A stretch of 64,000 bases of DNA from an uncultured Gammaproteobacteria bacterium (GTDB taxonomy: Bacteria; Patescibacteriota; Microgenomatia; UBA8517), in the NCBI GenBank assembly GCA_964431555.1, contig CAYSJW010000009.1:10413-74412 (forward strand), in the 5' to 3' direction. The notes beneath the pieces were generated by a model. The model was not told the origin of the DNA. It was given only the letters and a program-made list of their open reading frames with translations, and searched no databases. Position numbers and translations under genes: made by a program. Shown here one piece after another: positions 27,996-37,548 of the stretch. The number at the start of each line of letters is the position of its first letter. The stretch's first letter is position 1.

Positions 27996-29060
27996 ATGTT
28001 AAAAATAATTAATCTCGTCGCACTACCTTTACTGGCCGCAGCATTAACCACTTTTTTTATCACTCCCACAATAATCAAAATTGCTTGGAAGATAGGAATC
28101 ATCGATGATCCTAAAAAAAATAAACATCCAAAGGTGATACACACTTACCCAACCCCTAGAGGTGGTGGTTTGGCAATCTTTTCCGGTGTAGTAGTTTCCT
28201 CTTTACTTTTTTTACCTTTGGATAAACATTCAATTGGGATCCTTTTTGGAGGACTTATTCTCAGCATCCTTGGAATTTTGGATGATAAATATAACCTACA
28301 CCCGATTGGAAGGTTAATAGTACAATTTATCGTTGCATGCTTTCCTATAGCTTCCGGTATTGGTATTGCTTATATTTCAAACCCCTTTGGAGGAATAATT
28401 GATCTTTCCCATCCTCAAATAACTTTCTCTTTTTTGGGAGATGAAAAAAGCATCTGGTTACTTTCCGATCTTTTTGCACTCTTTTGGATCGTTACCCTGA
28501 TGAACTTTATCAATATGGGCGCAAAGGGAGTAGACGGACAACTTACAGGAACGGTAATAGTTGCAGCAGCCACGATTTCCATTCTCTCTTTAAAATACAG
28601 TGCCGATATAACCCAATGGCCAGTTATCATTCTCTCATCAATTACTACAGGAGCTTATTTAGGTTTCCTTCCCTGGCACATCTATCCTCAAAAGATAATG
28701 CCTGGTTTTGGAGGATCTACTTTAGCCGGTTTTTTATTGGGTGTCTTGTCTATTCTCTCTACCACTAAAGTAGGTACTTTGATGGTGGTATTAGCAGTCC
28801 CTCTTATAGATACTTCATTTACCATTTTAAGAAGAATATTATCTGGAAAATCACCTTTTTGGGGCGATAGAGGACACCTTCATCACAAGCTTCTTGATCT
28901 TGGTTTAAGTAAAATGGGTGTTGCCTACTTTTATTGGGGGATAACAGCTATTTTAGGAGTAGCTGCCATAAATTTGAACGCCTCATCCAAGTTTTATACA
29001 ATTATTGGGGTATCAATACTCTTGGGAGGAAGCTTAATCTTGCTTACTAAGAAAAAATAA
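27996..29060 (+). CDS. Polyprenyl-phosphate N-acetylhexosamine-1-phosphate transferase (MraY/WecA/TagO superfamily; WecA/TagO-like)
   Basis: GIIDDPKKNKHPKVIHTYPTPRGGGLAI (WecA-type N-terminal motif), LGILDDKYNL, NMGAKGVDGQL, DRGHLHHKLLDLGLS (DRxHhHH motif as in WecA). Confidence 0.7.
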   Translation: MLKIINLVALPLLAAALTTFFITPTIIKIAWKIGIIDDPKKNKHPKVIHTYPTPRGGGLAIFSGVVVSSLLFLPLDKHSIGILFGGLILSILGILDDKYNLHPIGRLIVQFIVACFPIASGIGIAYISNPFGGIIDLSHPQITFSFLGDEKSIWLLSDLFALFWIVTLMNFINMGAKGVDGQLTGTVIVAAATISILSLKYSADITQWPVIILSSITTGAYLGFLPWHIYPQKIMPGFGGSTLAGFLLGVLSILSTTKVGTLMVVLAVPLIDTSFTILRRILSGKSPFWGDRGHLHHKLLDLGLSKMGVAYFYWGITAILGVAAINLNASSKFYTIIGVSILLGGSLILLTKKK

Positions 29061-30029
29061 ATGAAAAATAGCCAAAATACCACCATTTTTTTTATCGAAT
29101 TAATTAAATTAATGCGCCCCATTCATTGGATTAAAAACTTTTCAATATTCGCTGCTTTAATATTTTCTGGCAATTTATTTATATCGCAAATGTTCAATAA
29201 GGTTCTTATAGCTTTTTTTTCCTTTTGTTTCGCCTCATCTGCAACCTACGTTTTCAATGACATTTTCGATGCAAAATTAGATAGACTACACCCGATAAAA
29301 AGAAGAAGACCAATAGCTTCTGGTAAAATAAACACTGCCACCGCTAGTGTAATTATTATTATTTTAACTTCCATTTCATTATTTCTCGCTCAAAAATTAA
29401 ACACTCTTTTTTTGTTTACTCTTGTTTCGTATCTTTCGATACAAGCCACCTACTCAATGGGTCTTAAAAATTTCTACGTTGTGGACATATTAATAATCGC
29501 ATCTGGTTTTATATTAAGAGTTTACGCCGGAGCTTTTGTAATCAATTCTCATCTTTCTGTTTGGTTTCTTCTTTGCGTTATCTCAGTCGCACTTTTCTTA
29601 GCAGCTGGAAAGAGAAGGGCAGAACAGGGAACAATCCCTCAAGGAAATACACGAGTTAGTTTAACAAAATATAAAAGGGAGTTACTAAATTCTTATGTAA
29701 CTATGTTCGGCAATGCCGCATGGATGAGTTGGTCTCTCTTTACATTTTTTGAATCTCCCCCTCCCAATCTCCCCGTCTGGCTCTTTCTAGCAGAAATTTC
29801 CAGAACCACAACAATCAGTAAACTTCTCATGTTAACCATACCCGTAGTAATCTTTGGAATCATGCGTTATGAATCACTGATTTTTGAAGACAGAAGTGAA
29901 TCTCCAGAAAGCTTACTTCTTAAAGACAGGGCGTTGGTCTTTTCAGTACTTCTTTGGGTATTTATGATTGTAACTATACTTTACGGAAGCACCTCCCTAA
30001 ATTTTTTTCAAAACTTCAGAACATCTTAA
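29061..30029 (+). CDS. UbiA-family prenyl/phosphoribosyl transferase, decaprenyl-phosphate phosphoribosyltransferase (DPPR synthase)-like
   Basis: YVFNDIFDAKLDRLHPIKRRRPIASG (NDxxDxxxD + KxxRP(i/l)asG), 8-9 TM. Start codon abuts the WecA-like gene stop. Confidence 0.7.
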   Translation: MKNSQNTTIFFIELIKLMRPIHWIKNFSIFAALIFSGNLFISQMFNKVLIAFFSFCFASSATYVFNDIFDAKLDRLHPIKRRRPIASGKINTATASVIIIILTSISLFLAQKLNTLFLFTLVSYLSIQATYSMGLKNFYVVDILIIASGFILRVYAGAFVINSHLSVWFLLCVISVALFLAAGKRRAEQGTIPQGNTRVSLTKYKRELLNSYVTMFGNAAWMSWSLFTFFESPPPNLPVWLFLAEISRTTTISKLLMLTIPVVIFGIMRYESLIFEDRSESPESLLLKDRALVFSVLLWVFMIVTILYGSTSLNFFQNFRTS

Positions 30030-30922
30030 GGCGTAGGTGTTAATATCTGTGAGGGAGTAACTGACACTAATTCAATTTTCTCAGCATATTGATTGGTTAT
30101 CCACCCTTCGCTCTCATCACCAGTTTTTTCATTTACAAACTTTATTTTATACCAACCAGTCTTTTCATCCACCTCTAAAAGTTCATACTCGTTTCCCGGC
30201 TCAACTGTCCCTATTTCCTTCCCTGAAATAGACGGTTCATTCCTCACCCTCAAAAATCCTGTAGGAGTTGAAAGAATTTTAACCTTGTTTTTAATATCCT
30301 CTTCTTTAACTATTTCCTCAATATTACCAACCATCTCTTCATCCCCTCCACTTTTTTTTGCTAGTTTAACGATTGCTATAAGTTTGTAACCTTGGTAAGT
30401 TTTAATATCTATTTTTCTTTCTTGATAACCATCCATTCTTAAAATAAGCTGGTGAGGACCTGGCATTATTGATGTCGTTCTATGGGGGGTAAAGGCTCTT
30501 TCAAATCCATCGATTATAAGCTCTACCGAATCAGGAATTGATACAACAGCCAAACTTACCTGATCTTTGTCAACCTTTTCAAAAGATATTATCTCGCCAC
30601 TTGAAGTTTCCTCACTTTCTCCAAATTCTCTTCTAATTACTGTCTTGACTCCCTGTACAAGGTCAATCTTGGTTTCATAAGGAACCAAAGGTTTATCAAT
30701 TGAATCCGGAACAAGTTTTACAACAATTTCGCCCGGCTTTAGATTTTTTGGATAAGGAGTCCTCCCTACTTCCACTCCATCAATGAAAACTGTTGCCAAA
30801 GGAGTAGTTTCTATATATATTCCAGCCACCTTGGGTTTAAGAATACTGAAAACTAAATATGCAAAACCAACAAGAGAAATCAATCCTAATATAATCAAAA
30901 GTGTTATCTTGACTTTTTTCAT
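30026..30922 (-). CDS. Membrane-anchored protein with PEGA-like repeats and C-terminal bacterial SH3 (SH3b) domain
   Basis: N-terminal TM. TVFIDGVEVGRTPY (PEGA-like). C-terminal GFLRVRNEPSISGKEIGTVEPGNEYELLEVDEKTGWYKIKF (SH3_3-like). Confidence 0.5.
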   Translation of the reverse strand: MKKVKITLLIILGLISLVGFAYLVFSILKPKVAGIYIETTPLATVFIDGVEVGRTPYPKNLKPGEIVVKLVPDSIDKPLVPYETKIDLVQGVKTVIRREFGESEETSSGEIISFEKVDKDQVSLAVVSIPDSVELIIDGFERAFTPHRTTSIMPGPHQLILRMDGYQERKIDIKTYQGYKLIAIVKLAKKSGGDEEMVGNIEEIVKEEDIKNKVKILSTPTGFLRVRNEPSISGKEIGTVEPGNEYELLEVDEKTGWYKIKFVNEKTGDESEGWITNQYAEKIELVSVTPSQILTPTP

Positions 30923-31041
30923 TGATTTCGAAGTTTACATCAAAACTTACCTTCTTGACAAATAGAAAATCATTTAATATTATAATTTTAGCACTTTACA
31001 ATAGAGAGTGCTAATTGCATCAAATTTAAAATTGAAAGGGG

Positions 31042-31464
31042 GTGAGAATCAAAATGGTAGATTTAGTCAGACGGGATCCTTTCAGAAGCATTTTCAGCTG
31101 GCCACGATGGTTGGATGAATGGGAAGAAGAATTTCCAACTCTAACAACTTCGCGAGGATTAAGAATACACGAAGATGAAAAAAACATTTATGTAGATGCC
31201 GTTGTTGCCGGTGTTCCCGCTGAAGATGTAGAAGTTGACATAGAAGATGGAGTAGTAACCATCAAGGCAGAAAAGAAATCCGAAGAAAAGAAAAAAGGAG
31301 AATACAGAGCCTCATTATATAATTACTACTACACTTGCGCCTTGTCAGGTGGTCAGTGGGATAAAGCCAGCGCGGAGGTATCAAATGGAGTTTTAGAATT
31401 AACTATTCCCAAAACCGAAGCGGCAAGACCAAGAAAGATAACCGTTAAAGCAAAAAACAAATAA
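31042..31464 (+). CDS. Hsp20/alpha-crystallin small heat-shock protein
   Basis: ACD core IHEDEKNIYVDAVVAGVPAEDVEVDIEDGVVTIKAEKK…GVLELTIPK. Confidence 0.8.
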   Translation: MRIKMVDLVRRDPFRSIFSWPRWLDEWEEEFPTLTTSRGLRIHEDEKNIYVDAVVAGVPAEDVEVDIEDGVVTIKAEKKSEEKKKGEYRASLYNYYYTCALSGGQWDKASAEVSNGVLELTIPKTEAARPRKITVKAKNK

Positions 31465-31489
31465 AATCTTTTTAAATCTCTAAAAACAG

Positions 31490-31528
31490 ACACTCCATAC
31501 TCTAATAAAGTGTGGAGTGTTTGTTTTT
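31490..31528 (+). terminator. Rho-independent terminator after hsp20
   Basis: ACACTCCATAC (31490-31500), loop TCTAATAAA, GTGTGGAGTGT (31510-31520), then TTGTTTTT. Confidence 0.6.
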
Positions 31529-31561
31529 CAAACAAAATAATATAAAATAACTTCAAAACAA

Positions 31562-31635
31562 GGCCTGGTGGCGAAGTGGAAACGCTGCGGTCTGCAAAAC
31601 CGCGATGCAAGGGTTCGATTCCCTTCCAGGCCTCA
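31562..31635 (+). tRNA. tRNA-Cys (anticodon GCA)
   Basis: Acceptor stem GGCCTGG/CCAGGCC. Anticodon stem GCGGT/ACCGC with loop CTGCAAA (GCA). T-arm AAGGG-TTCGATT-CCCTT. 3-bp D-stem. CCA not fully encoded. Confidence 0.8.
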
Positions 31636-31872
31636 AAATTAATTTCTTGGATGTACCGGATATAATTTCTTTCTCTTTCTGCCCTAAAAGGTTTAGGCTC
31701 AAAACCTAAGGTCATCCAGCTGAAAATAGAAGTTACAAGCTTTCTGGCTTTGTGGATTAGTATAATATCAGAAGAGGTTATGGTTCCTTAAAAAGTTAGC
31801 AGATTAGGAAAAAACCATAAACCAACTAAAAACAGGTCAACTTTAAACCAATAAAAAAGGTGAAAAGTAGCA

Positions 31873-32241
31873 ATGTTTAACAAACTTTTTGCAAATTGTC
31901 TTCTGGTTAATAATTTTGAAAAATCCCTGACATTTTATCGTGACATTCTGGGGCTAGAAGTAAATAACCAAGAAGAAAAATTTGCAGATTTCAAACTTGA
32001 AGGCACAACTTTAGCAATCTTTGAAAAAGAAGCCGCAACAGCTATGTTTTCTAAAGAGTATATGAGGCATGGAGGTGGTGTTGTTCTGGCTTTTCAAGTA
32101 AAAGATCTGAACACCGCCTGCGATGAATTAAAAGCCAAGGGTGTTAATATTTTTGAGGGACCGAAGAAAACAGAGTGGGGACAGAAGGTCGCCTACTTTA
32201 AAGATCCGGACGGAAATATATGGGAGATGTCTGAATTATGA
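31873..32241 (+). CDS. VOC/glyoxalase-bleomycin resistance family protein
   Basis: GGGVVLAFQVKDLNTACDELKAKGVNIFEGPKKTEWGQKVAYFKDPDGNIWEM. Confidence 0.75.
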   Translation: MFNKLFANCLLVNNFEKSLTFYRDILGLEVNNQEEKFADFKLEGTTLAIFEKEAATAMFSKEYMRHGGGVVLAFQVKDLNTACDELKAKGVNIFEGPKKTEWGQKVAYFKDPDGNIWEMSEL

Positions 32242-33206
32242 AGCTTAAATACAAAGTTATAAAAGAAATTAAGCCAACATCACCTTTTAATTTCAATACC
32301 ACCTTTTTTAAACCGGACCACTTTACCTCCAGTGATAACTACTGGCAACCCGGTATTCGTTGGCAGACTTGGTGGTGGCAAGGTAAAGAATTCGGACTAA
32401 AGTTTGAAAATAAGGGAACGATCGAGAAACCAAAAATATCTGTAAGCATTTACTCTGTAGCAAAACCCAATCAAAAATTAACGGATTCACTAATTGAAGA
32501 AATTAAATATCGCTACAATTTAGGTCTCGAACTTGGCGATTTTTACAAAAAATTTCCCAAAGATAAATTTTTAGGCCCCGTTTTCAAAAGACTTAGAGGA
32601 ACAAGACCGGGACATCCAAGCTCTCTATATGAGTACTTAATCATCGGAATAGTACTTCAAAATGCAAGAATCGGACGGTCTATCCAAATGTTTAAGGCTT
32701 TGCTTGAGAAATATGGCAAGCTTTTAGAATTTGACGACAAAAAACTTTGGTGTTCCTGGGCACCAGGTGCTCTAAAAAATGTAACCGAGGAGGAACTGCG
32801 AGCCCTAAAAGTTGGCTATCGGGCAAAATCAATAAAAAGGATCGATGATTACTTTAGCCAAGGACTTATTGATGAAATAAAACTTAGGAAAAAAGATAGA
32901 GAAACACAAATTAAAGAGCTCTTAAAGCTTTATGGAGTTGGACCTGCTACTGTCTGGTATCTTCTGTTTGATGTCTTCCACCACTGGGATTTTTTCAACC
33001 ATATTTCACCTTGGGAACAAAAGATTTATTCAAAGTTATTCTTCAACCAAAGCCCTGAAAAGCCTGTTTCTACTGAAAAACTCCTAAAATTTATCGAAAG
33101 ATACGGGAAGTATAAACAGCTTGCAGTTCACTACATCTGGGAAGATTTATGGTGGAAACACAAGAAAAAGCCGATTCCTTGGCTTGCGAAGTTGATTAGA
33201 ACATAG
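32238..33206 (+). CDS. HhH-GPD superfamily DNA glycosylase (OGG/AlkA-like)
   Basis: Helix-hairpin-helix + Gly/Pro loop + Asp: LYGVGPATVWYLLFDVF. Upstream helical domain. Confidence 0.55.
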   Translation: MKLKYKVIKEIKPTSPFNFNTTFFKPDHFTSSDNYWQPGIRWQTWWWQGKEFGLKFENKGTIEKPKISVSIYSVAKPNQKLTDSLIEEIKYRYNLGLELGDFYKKFPKDKFLGPVFKRLRGTRPGHPSSLYEYLIIGIVLQNARIGRSIQMFKALLEKYGKLLEFDDKKLWCSWAPGALKNVTEEELRALKVGYRAKSIKRIDDYFSQGLIDEIKLRKKDRETQIKELLKLYGVGPATVWYLLFDVFHHWDFFNHISPWEQKIYSKLFFNQSPEKPVSTEKLLKFIERYGKYKQLAVHYIWEDLWWKHKKKPIPWLAKLIRT

Positions 33207-33310
33207 CCGCAATACCGGGTGTTGAGCAAGTTAAACAACGGGTAATTTGAGGAAAAAGCTATCTAAAAAACACTCCTTACTCAACTCATCTACTTCCTAA
33301 ATTAAGATAT

Positions 33311-33964
33311 TTAAGTACTCTCTAAACTTCTCCACAAGTACCAACTGGCAATAGTCCTGTAAGGCTTCCAACGTAGCGAAAAAATTTCCATTTCACTCCT
33401 ATTTAAATCTTTACCAATAATTTTTTTAAAGGCATTCCTTAGTCCCAAATCCTCAATAGGAAAAATATCAGGTCTTGCCAACGTAAACATAAGAAACATT
33501 TTGGAAGTCCAAATCCCTATCCCCTTAATTTTGAGGAGCTCTTGCATAACTTCTTCATCCGATAGTCTATCAAGTTTTCTTATTTCCAGTTTATTACTCA
33601 AAACCATTTCCGATAAACATTTTATGTAATAAATCTTAGCTTTAGATAAACCGCAACTGCGAAGTTCTTTATCCGGAAGACTTAGAATTTTCTCTGGTGT
33701 AATTTTAACATTTAAAGTTTTTGCTTCCCTCCACTTATGCTTTTTTGTCTTTTTAAAACCAACTTTGTCATAAATTTTTTCTTTAATTCTCTCAAAAATT
33801 TTGGCAGCTGCCCTCATTGACAATTGTTGCTGAACAATTGAATCCAGCAAATCCTCGAAATAATATTCTTTACCTCTCGGCTTAATACTGCATGAACCGT
33901 ATTTTAAAACCAACGGTCCAATATACTCATCCTTTAATAAGAATTCTTCAGCATTTTTCCACAT
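33311..33964 (-). CDS. HhH-GPD DNA glycosylase (AlkA/3-methyladenine glycosylase II-like)
   Basis: IKGIGIWTSKMFLMFTLARPDIFPIEDLGLRNAFKKI (HhH + catalytic Asp). Confidence 0.6.
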   Translation of the reverse strand: MWKNAEEFLLKDEYIGPLVLKYGSCSIKPRGKEYYFEDLLDSIVQQQLSMRAAAKIFERIKEKIYDKVGFKKTKKHKWREAKTLNVKITPEKILSLPDKELRSCGLSKAKIYYIKCLSEMVLSNKLEIRKLDRLSDEEVMQELLKIKGIGIWTSKMFLMFTLARPDIFPIEDLGLRNAFKKIIGKDLNRSEMEIFSLRWKPYRTIASWYLWRSLEST

Positions 33965-34041
33965 AAGAAGAAATTATAAAAAATTGAGGCGATTTAATTA
34001 ATTACTAATTAAAGAAATCTTAATAACCACCAACTAATATT

Positions 34042-35670
34042 TTAGTAATCCATTCCCCCACCCATTCCACCGGGTACAGAGGGCTCTTTTTTCTCCTCCG
34101 GCATATCAGCTACCAATCCTTCTGTAGTTAAAACCATCATGGCAACGGAGGCCGCATTTTGCAAGGCAGCACGAGTAACCTTTAAAGGATCTAGTATACC
34201 AAATTTCGTCATTGAACCAAAAGTACCGGTTAATGCGTTATATCCATAATCACCATCTTTACTTTCTTCCACCTTTCTCAAAACATAACCATCATCCTCT
34301 CCAGAATTCTTTGCCAACCAGCGAAGTGGCTGTTCAAGAACTCCTTTAACAATATCTATTCCCACCTGTTCATCTTCTGTTTCTCCTTTTAAGTTATCCA
34401 AAACAGACCTGGACCTTAATAGTGCTACTCCTCCTCCAGGAACTATACCTTCTTCAATTGCAGCCTTTGTTGCCCCCACAGCATCCTTAACTCTTTCTTT
34501 CTTCTCATTTAACTCAATTTCCGTTGCCGCACCAACATTGATCTGAGCAACACCACCCGACAACTTCGCCAACCTCTCTTCTAATTTTTCTCTGTCAAAA
34601 TCAGAGTCCGTCTCTTTAATCTGCCTTTGTAAAAGAGAAATTCTAGCTTTTATCTTGGAAGAATCACCTTTACCACCAATTATTCTCGCATTGTCTTTAT
34701 CAGCCCAAACCTTATCGGCTTGACCTAAATCTGAAATTTCCAAAGACTCAAATGTTCTACCCGTATCTTCGCTAATTACAGTTCCTCCGGTTAGAATTGC
34801 AATGTCTTCCAACATCTCTTTCCTTCTATCACCAAAGCCCGGAGCCTTAACAGCCAAAACATTAAATGTACCTTTTAGTTTATTAACTACCAAAGTCGCC
34901 AAAGCCTCACCCTCAACTTCATCAGCAATTATCACCAAATTCTTTGAAACTTTTACAAACTTTTCCAAAAATGGAAGAAATTCCTGTATCGAAGAGATCT
35001 TTTTGTCTGTAAGAAGGATATAAGCATCCTCAACCTCTGCCTCCATTTTTTCAGGATTGGTTACAAAATAAGGAGAAACATAACCTCTGTCAAATTCCAT
35101 CCCTTCTTTATATTCGATATCTATTGTAAGGCCCTTTCCTTCTTCTACAGTGACCACACCATCTCTTCCAACTTTATCTAAAGCCTCTGCTATCTTTGCC
35201 CCAATCGCCGAATCCCCCGCAGAAATTGTTGCTACCTGTTCTATCTCTTCTCTGTTTTTTATAGGCTTCGAGATTTTCTTTAACTCATTTACTACAGCCT
35301 CAACCGCTTTCTCAATTCCCCTTTTGACAACCATCGGATTGGCACCTGCCGCTATATTTTTCATCCCTGCCGCGGTTAACTGTTGAGCCAAAAGAGTTGC
35401 CGTTGTCGTCCCATCTCCTGCTACATCGTTTGTTTTATCTGCCGCTTCCTTTACAAGCTGTGCTCCCATATTCTCAAAGGGATCTTTGAGTTCTATTTCT
35501 TTTGCAACTGTAACTCCGTCATGAACTATATTTGGCGCTCCCCACTTTTTATCAAGAGCTATATTTCGCCCTTTAGGTCCAAGTGTAGTTACAACTGCTT
35601 TTGCCACAACATCAATTCCTCTCATTAAGGATTGCCTGGCATCATCTGAAAATTTTAGTTGTTTTGCCAT
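34042..35670 (-). CDS. groL: Chaperonin GroEL (Cpn60)
   Basis: Full-length GroEL signature ([11 protein letters not shown]…, [11 protein letters not shown]-terminal GGMGGGMDY). Confidence 0.95.
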   Translation of the reverse strand: MAKQLKFSDDARQSLMRGIDVVAKAVVTTLGPKGRNIALDKKWGAPNIVHDGVTVAKEIELKDPFENMGAQLVKEAADKTNDVAGDGTTTATLLAQQLTAAGMKNIAAGANPMVVKRGIEKAVEAVVNELKKISKPIKNREEIEQVATISAGDSAIGAKIAEALDKVGRDGVVTVEEGKGLTIDIEYKEGMEFDRGYVSPYFVTNPEKMEAEVEDAYILLTDKKISSIQEFLPFLEKFVKVSKNLVIIADEVEGEALATLVVNKLKGTFNVLAVKAPGFGDRRKEMLEDIAILTGGTVISEDTGRTFESLEISDLGQADKVWADKDNARIIGGKGDSSKIKARISLLQRQIKETDSDFDREKLEERLAKLSGGVAQINVGAATEIELNEKKERVKDAVGATKAAIEEGIVPGGGVALLRSRSVLDNLKGETEDEQVGIDIVKGVLEQPLRWLAKNSGEDDGYVLRKVEESKDGDYGYNALTGTFGSMTKFGILDPLKVTRAALQNAASVAMMVLTTEGLVADMPEEKKEPSVPGGMGGGMDY

Positions 35671-35712
35671 ATTTTTTTATCCTCCTTTTCCAATAAAAGT
35701 TGGTAAATAAAA

Positions 35713-36027
35713 TTAAGAACCTACAACCGCAAGTATATCATCAAATTTTGCAAATAAATATTCTTTACCTTCAACCTTAACTTCGTTGCCACCCCATTTT
35801 TTGTAAATTACCAAATCTCCAACCTTAACCGGAGATTTTCTTTTTGTTCCATAATCAGTTATTTCATCATCCCCCACAGCGAGAACTTTACCCTGCTGAG
35901 GCTTTTCACCTGCAGAATCAGGCAAATATATACCAGAGGAAGTTTTTTCCTCTTTTTCGGTTGGCTCGATTAGAAGATAGCCGGCAACCGGCTTTAAATT
36001 AATTTTAACCGATGATAGCTTACTCAT
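35713..36027 (-). CDS. groS: Co-chaperonin GroES (Cpn10)
   Basis: MSKLSSVKINLKPVAGYLLIEP…GKVLAVGDD…KVGDLVIYKKWGGNEVKVEGKEYLF. True start is the ATG at 36027; the ORF-track start at 36045 is a TTG. Confidence 0.9.
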   Translation of the reverse strand: MSKLSSVKINLKPVAGYLLIEPTEKEEKTSSGIYLPDSAGEKPQQGKVLAVGDDEITDYGTKRKSPVKVGDLVIYKKWGGNEVKVEGKEYLFAKFDDILAVVGS

Positions 36028-36038
36028 AATACTTACGT

Positions 36039-36065
36039 TTAGCAAACAATTATAACGAGTGCTAT
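36039..36065 (-). promoter_or_regulatory. Degenerate CIRCE (HrcA operator)-like inverted repeat upstream of groES, overlapping a TATAAT box
   Basis: Minus-strand reading is TAGCACTC-GTTATAATT-GTTTGCTAA, against consensus TTAGCACTC-N9-GAGTGCTAA. The right arm has 2 mismatches. Confidence 0.4.
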
Positions 36066-36129
36066 TTTAATAAAATTTATTTTTATTTGTCAAGAGGTTA
36101 TTTGAATTTTTTTGCTCTTATGGGTTTAC

Positions 36130-37548
36130 TCAATTAATTTTTAAACCATATTTACTCAATATCTGTCTAAGTTCTTGGGATCTTGATCTTAATGTTTTTT
36201 CGGATACATCACTATTAACAATTTTTTTATACAACTCATTCACTAAGCTATTTATTCCATTCGGACCATCGGTTGGATTATCTGCTAAATAAAAACTACC
36301 CGAGTCATAAGCAAAGTTTATAACTGACCCTAATATAGGATCTTGAATCAAACTTTCATTCATATATGGTCTTGGGTAAATCCTTCTAAATGTTTCTATT
36401 TTCGCAATATTGTCATTTATTTCCACCAAAGATTTTTCCTCGGCTAAAAATTTCAAAAACTTCCAAGCATCTTCTTTAACATTACTTTTTTCTGAAACAC
36501 CCTGCACCCAGTATGTAGCGTAGGAATAATCTGGATCATTGGGATTATTTTTTCTAATTTGAGGCAATTTTACAGTTCTAAATTTTAAATTCCGATTTGC
36601 CTCAATTATTTCTCTAGCCCGTCTTGTCGGTCCAAAATACATCGCAAGCTCCCCCCTCGCAAAAGCAATTGTAGATTTTGGCAATGTGTTATTCCAAACA
36701 TTGGCCTTGGAAAAATCCTTGTAAAAGGTAATAGCAGACTTAGCGAGATAACCTTCTGGTTTGGCAGGATTTACTCTGTTTTGTAGTAACATCAATCCAA
36801 TAATTTCAGGCCAATGATCAATATTATCGGTAATCCCCAAAGCCACACCACTTTGCATAATTATCTTTCTATCTTTAGCTTGAGTTAGCTCAACTGCCAA
36901 AGGTTTTACTTCATCCCAAAATTCAGGTGGACTTTTTAAAGAAGATGTAAAAATATCTTCATTGATAAAAAGTGCCAGCGCATCATATTCCAATGGAATT
37001 CCCACAATCCCCTTTTGCAAACTTAAATTACTAACAATTATAGGGTAGAAACTCTTTTCATATTCCGCCCTTGACATTATTGACTCCGGCATAACCGCCA
37101 GTTCATTCCTGAAAACAACAGGCCAAGTGTTGTGTATCTCAAAAATATCAGGTCCCTTCCCGGAAGCTAGTGAATTAATTAATCTGACCTGATAATCCTT
37201 TTCCGATTGTTTCTCATACCTTATCTTTATATTCGGATGACTCCTCTCGTACTCATCTATCAAAGATTTATAAACACTTAAATCATGCTGAATACCCCAC
37301 CAAACAATCTCTCCTTTATCCTTACCTTGACCGTTAGAGCGAAGGCTTATCTTTATAAATAAATAAAACAAAGACAGTAAAACCATTATCAGTAAAATAA
37401 ATCCAAGATATTTCACAAACCTAAAGTACTTTTTGATTTTTACACTTTTCTCAATATCAACCTGTTCAGAAAAATCCTTATCAGTAGATTCTCCTATTAT
37501 TGTCTGTTCCAATTCGACATTTTTCTTCTCTACCTCAAGATCTTCCAT
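36130..37548 (-). CDS. Extracellular solute-binding protein, family-1-like (sugar ABC SBP fold), membrane-anchored; no cognate permease genes adjacent
   Basis: N-terminal TM. VWWGIQHD…DIFEIHNTW…GIPLEYDALALFINEDIF pattern is typical of SBP_bac_1. Confidence 0.5.
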   Translation of the reverse strand: MEDLEVEKKNVELEQTIIGESTDKDFSEQVDIEKSVKIKKYFRFVKYLGFILLIMVLLSLFYLFIKISLRSNGQGKDKGEIVWWGIQHDLSVYKSLIDEYERSHPNIKIRYEKQSEKDYQVRLINSLASGKGPDIFEIHNTWPVVFRNELAVMPESIMSRAEYEKSFYPIIVSNLSLQKGIVGIPLEYDALALFINEDIFTSSLKSPPEFWDEVKPLAVELTQAKDRKIIMQSGVALGITDNIDHWPEIIGLMLLQNRVNPAKPEGYLAKSAITFYKDFSKANVWNNTLPKSTIAFARGELAMYFGPTRRAREIIEANRNLKFRTVKLPQIRKNNPNDPDYSYATYWVQGVSEKSNVKEDAWKFLKFLAEEKSLVEINDNIAKIETFRRIYPRPYMNESLIQDPILGSVINFAYDSGSFYLADNPTDGPNGINSLVNELYKKIVNSDVSEKTLRSRSQELRQILSKYGLKIN

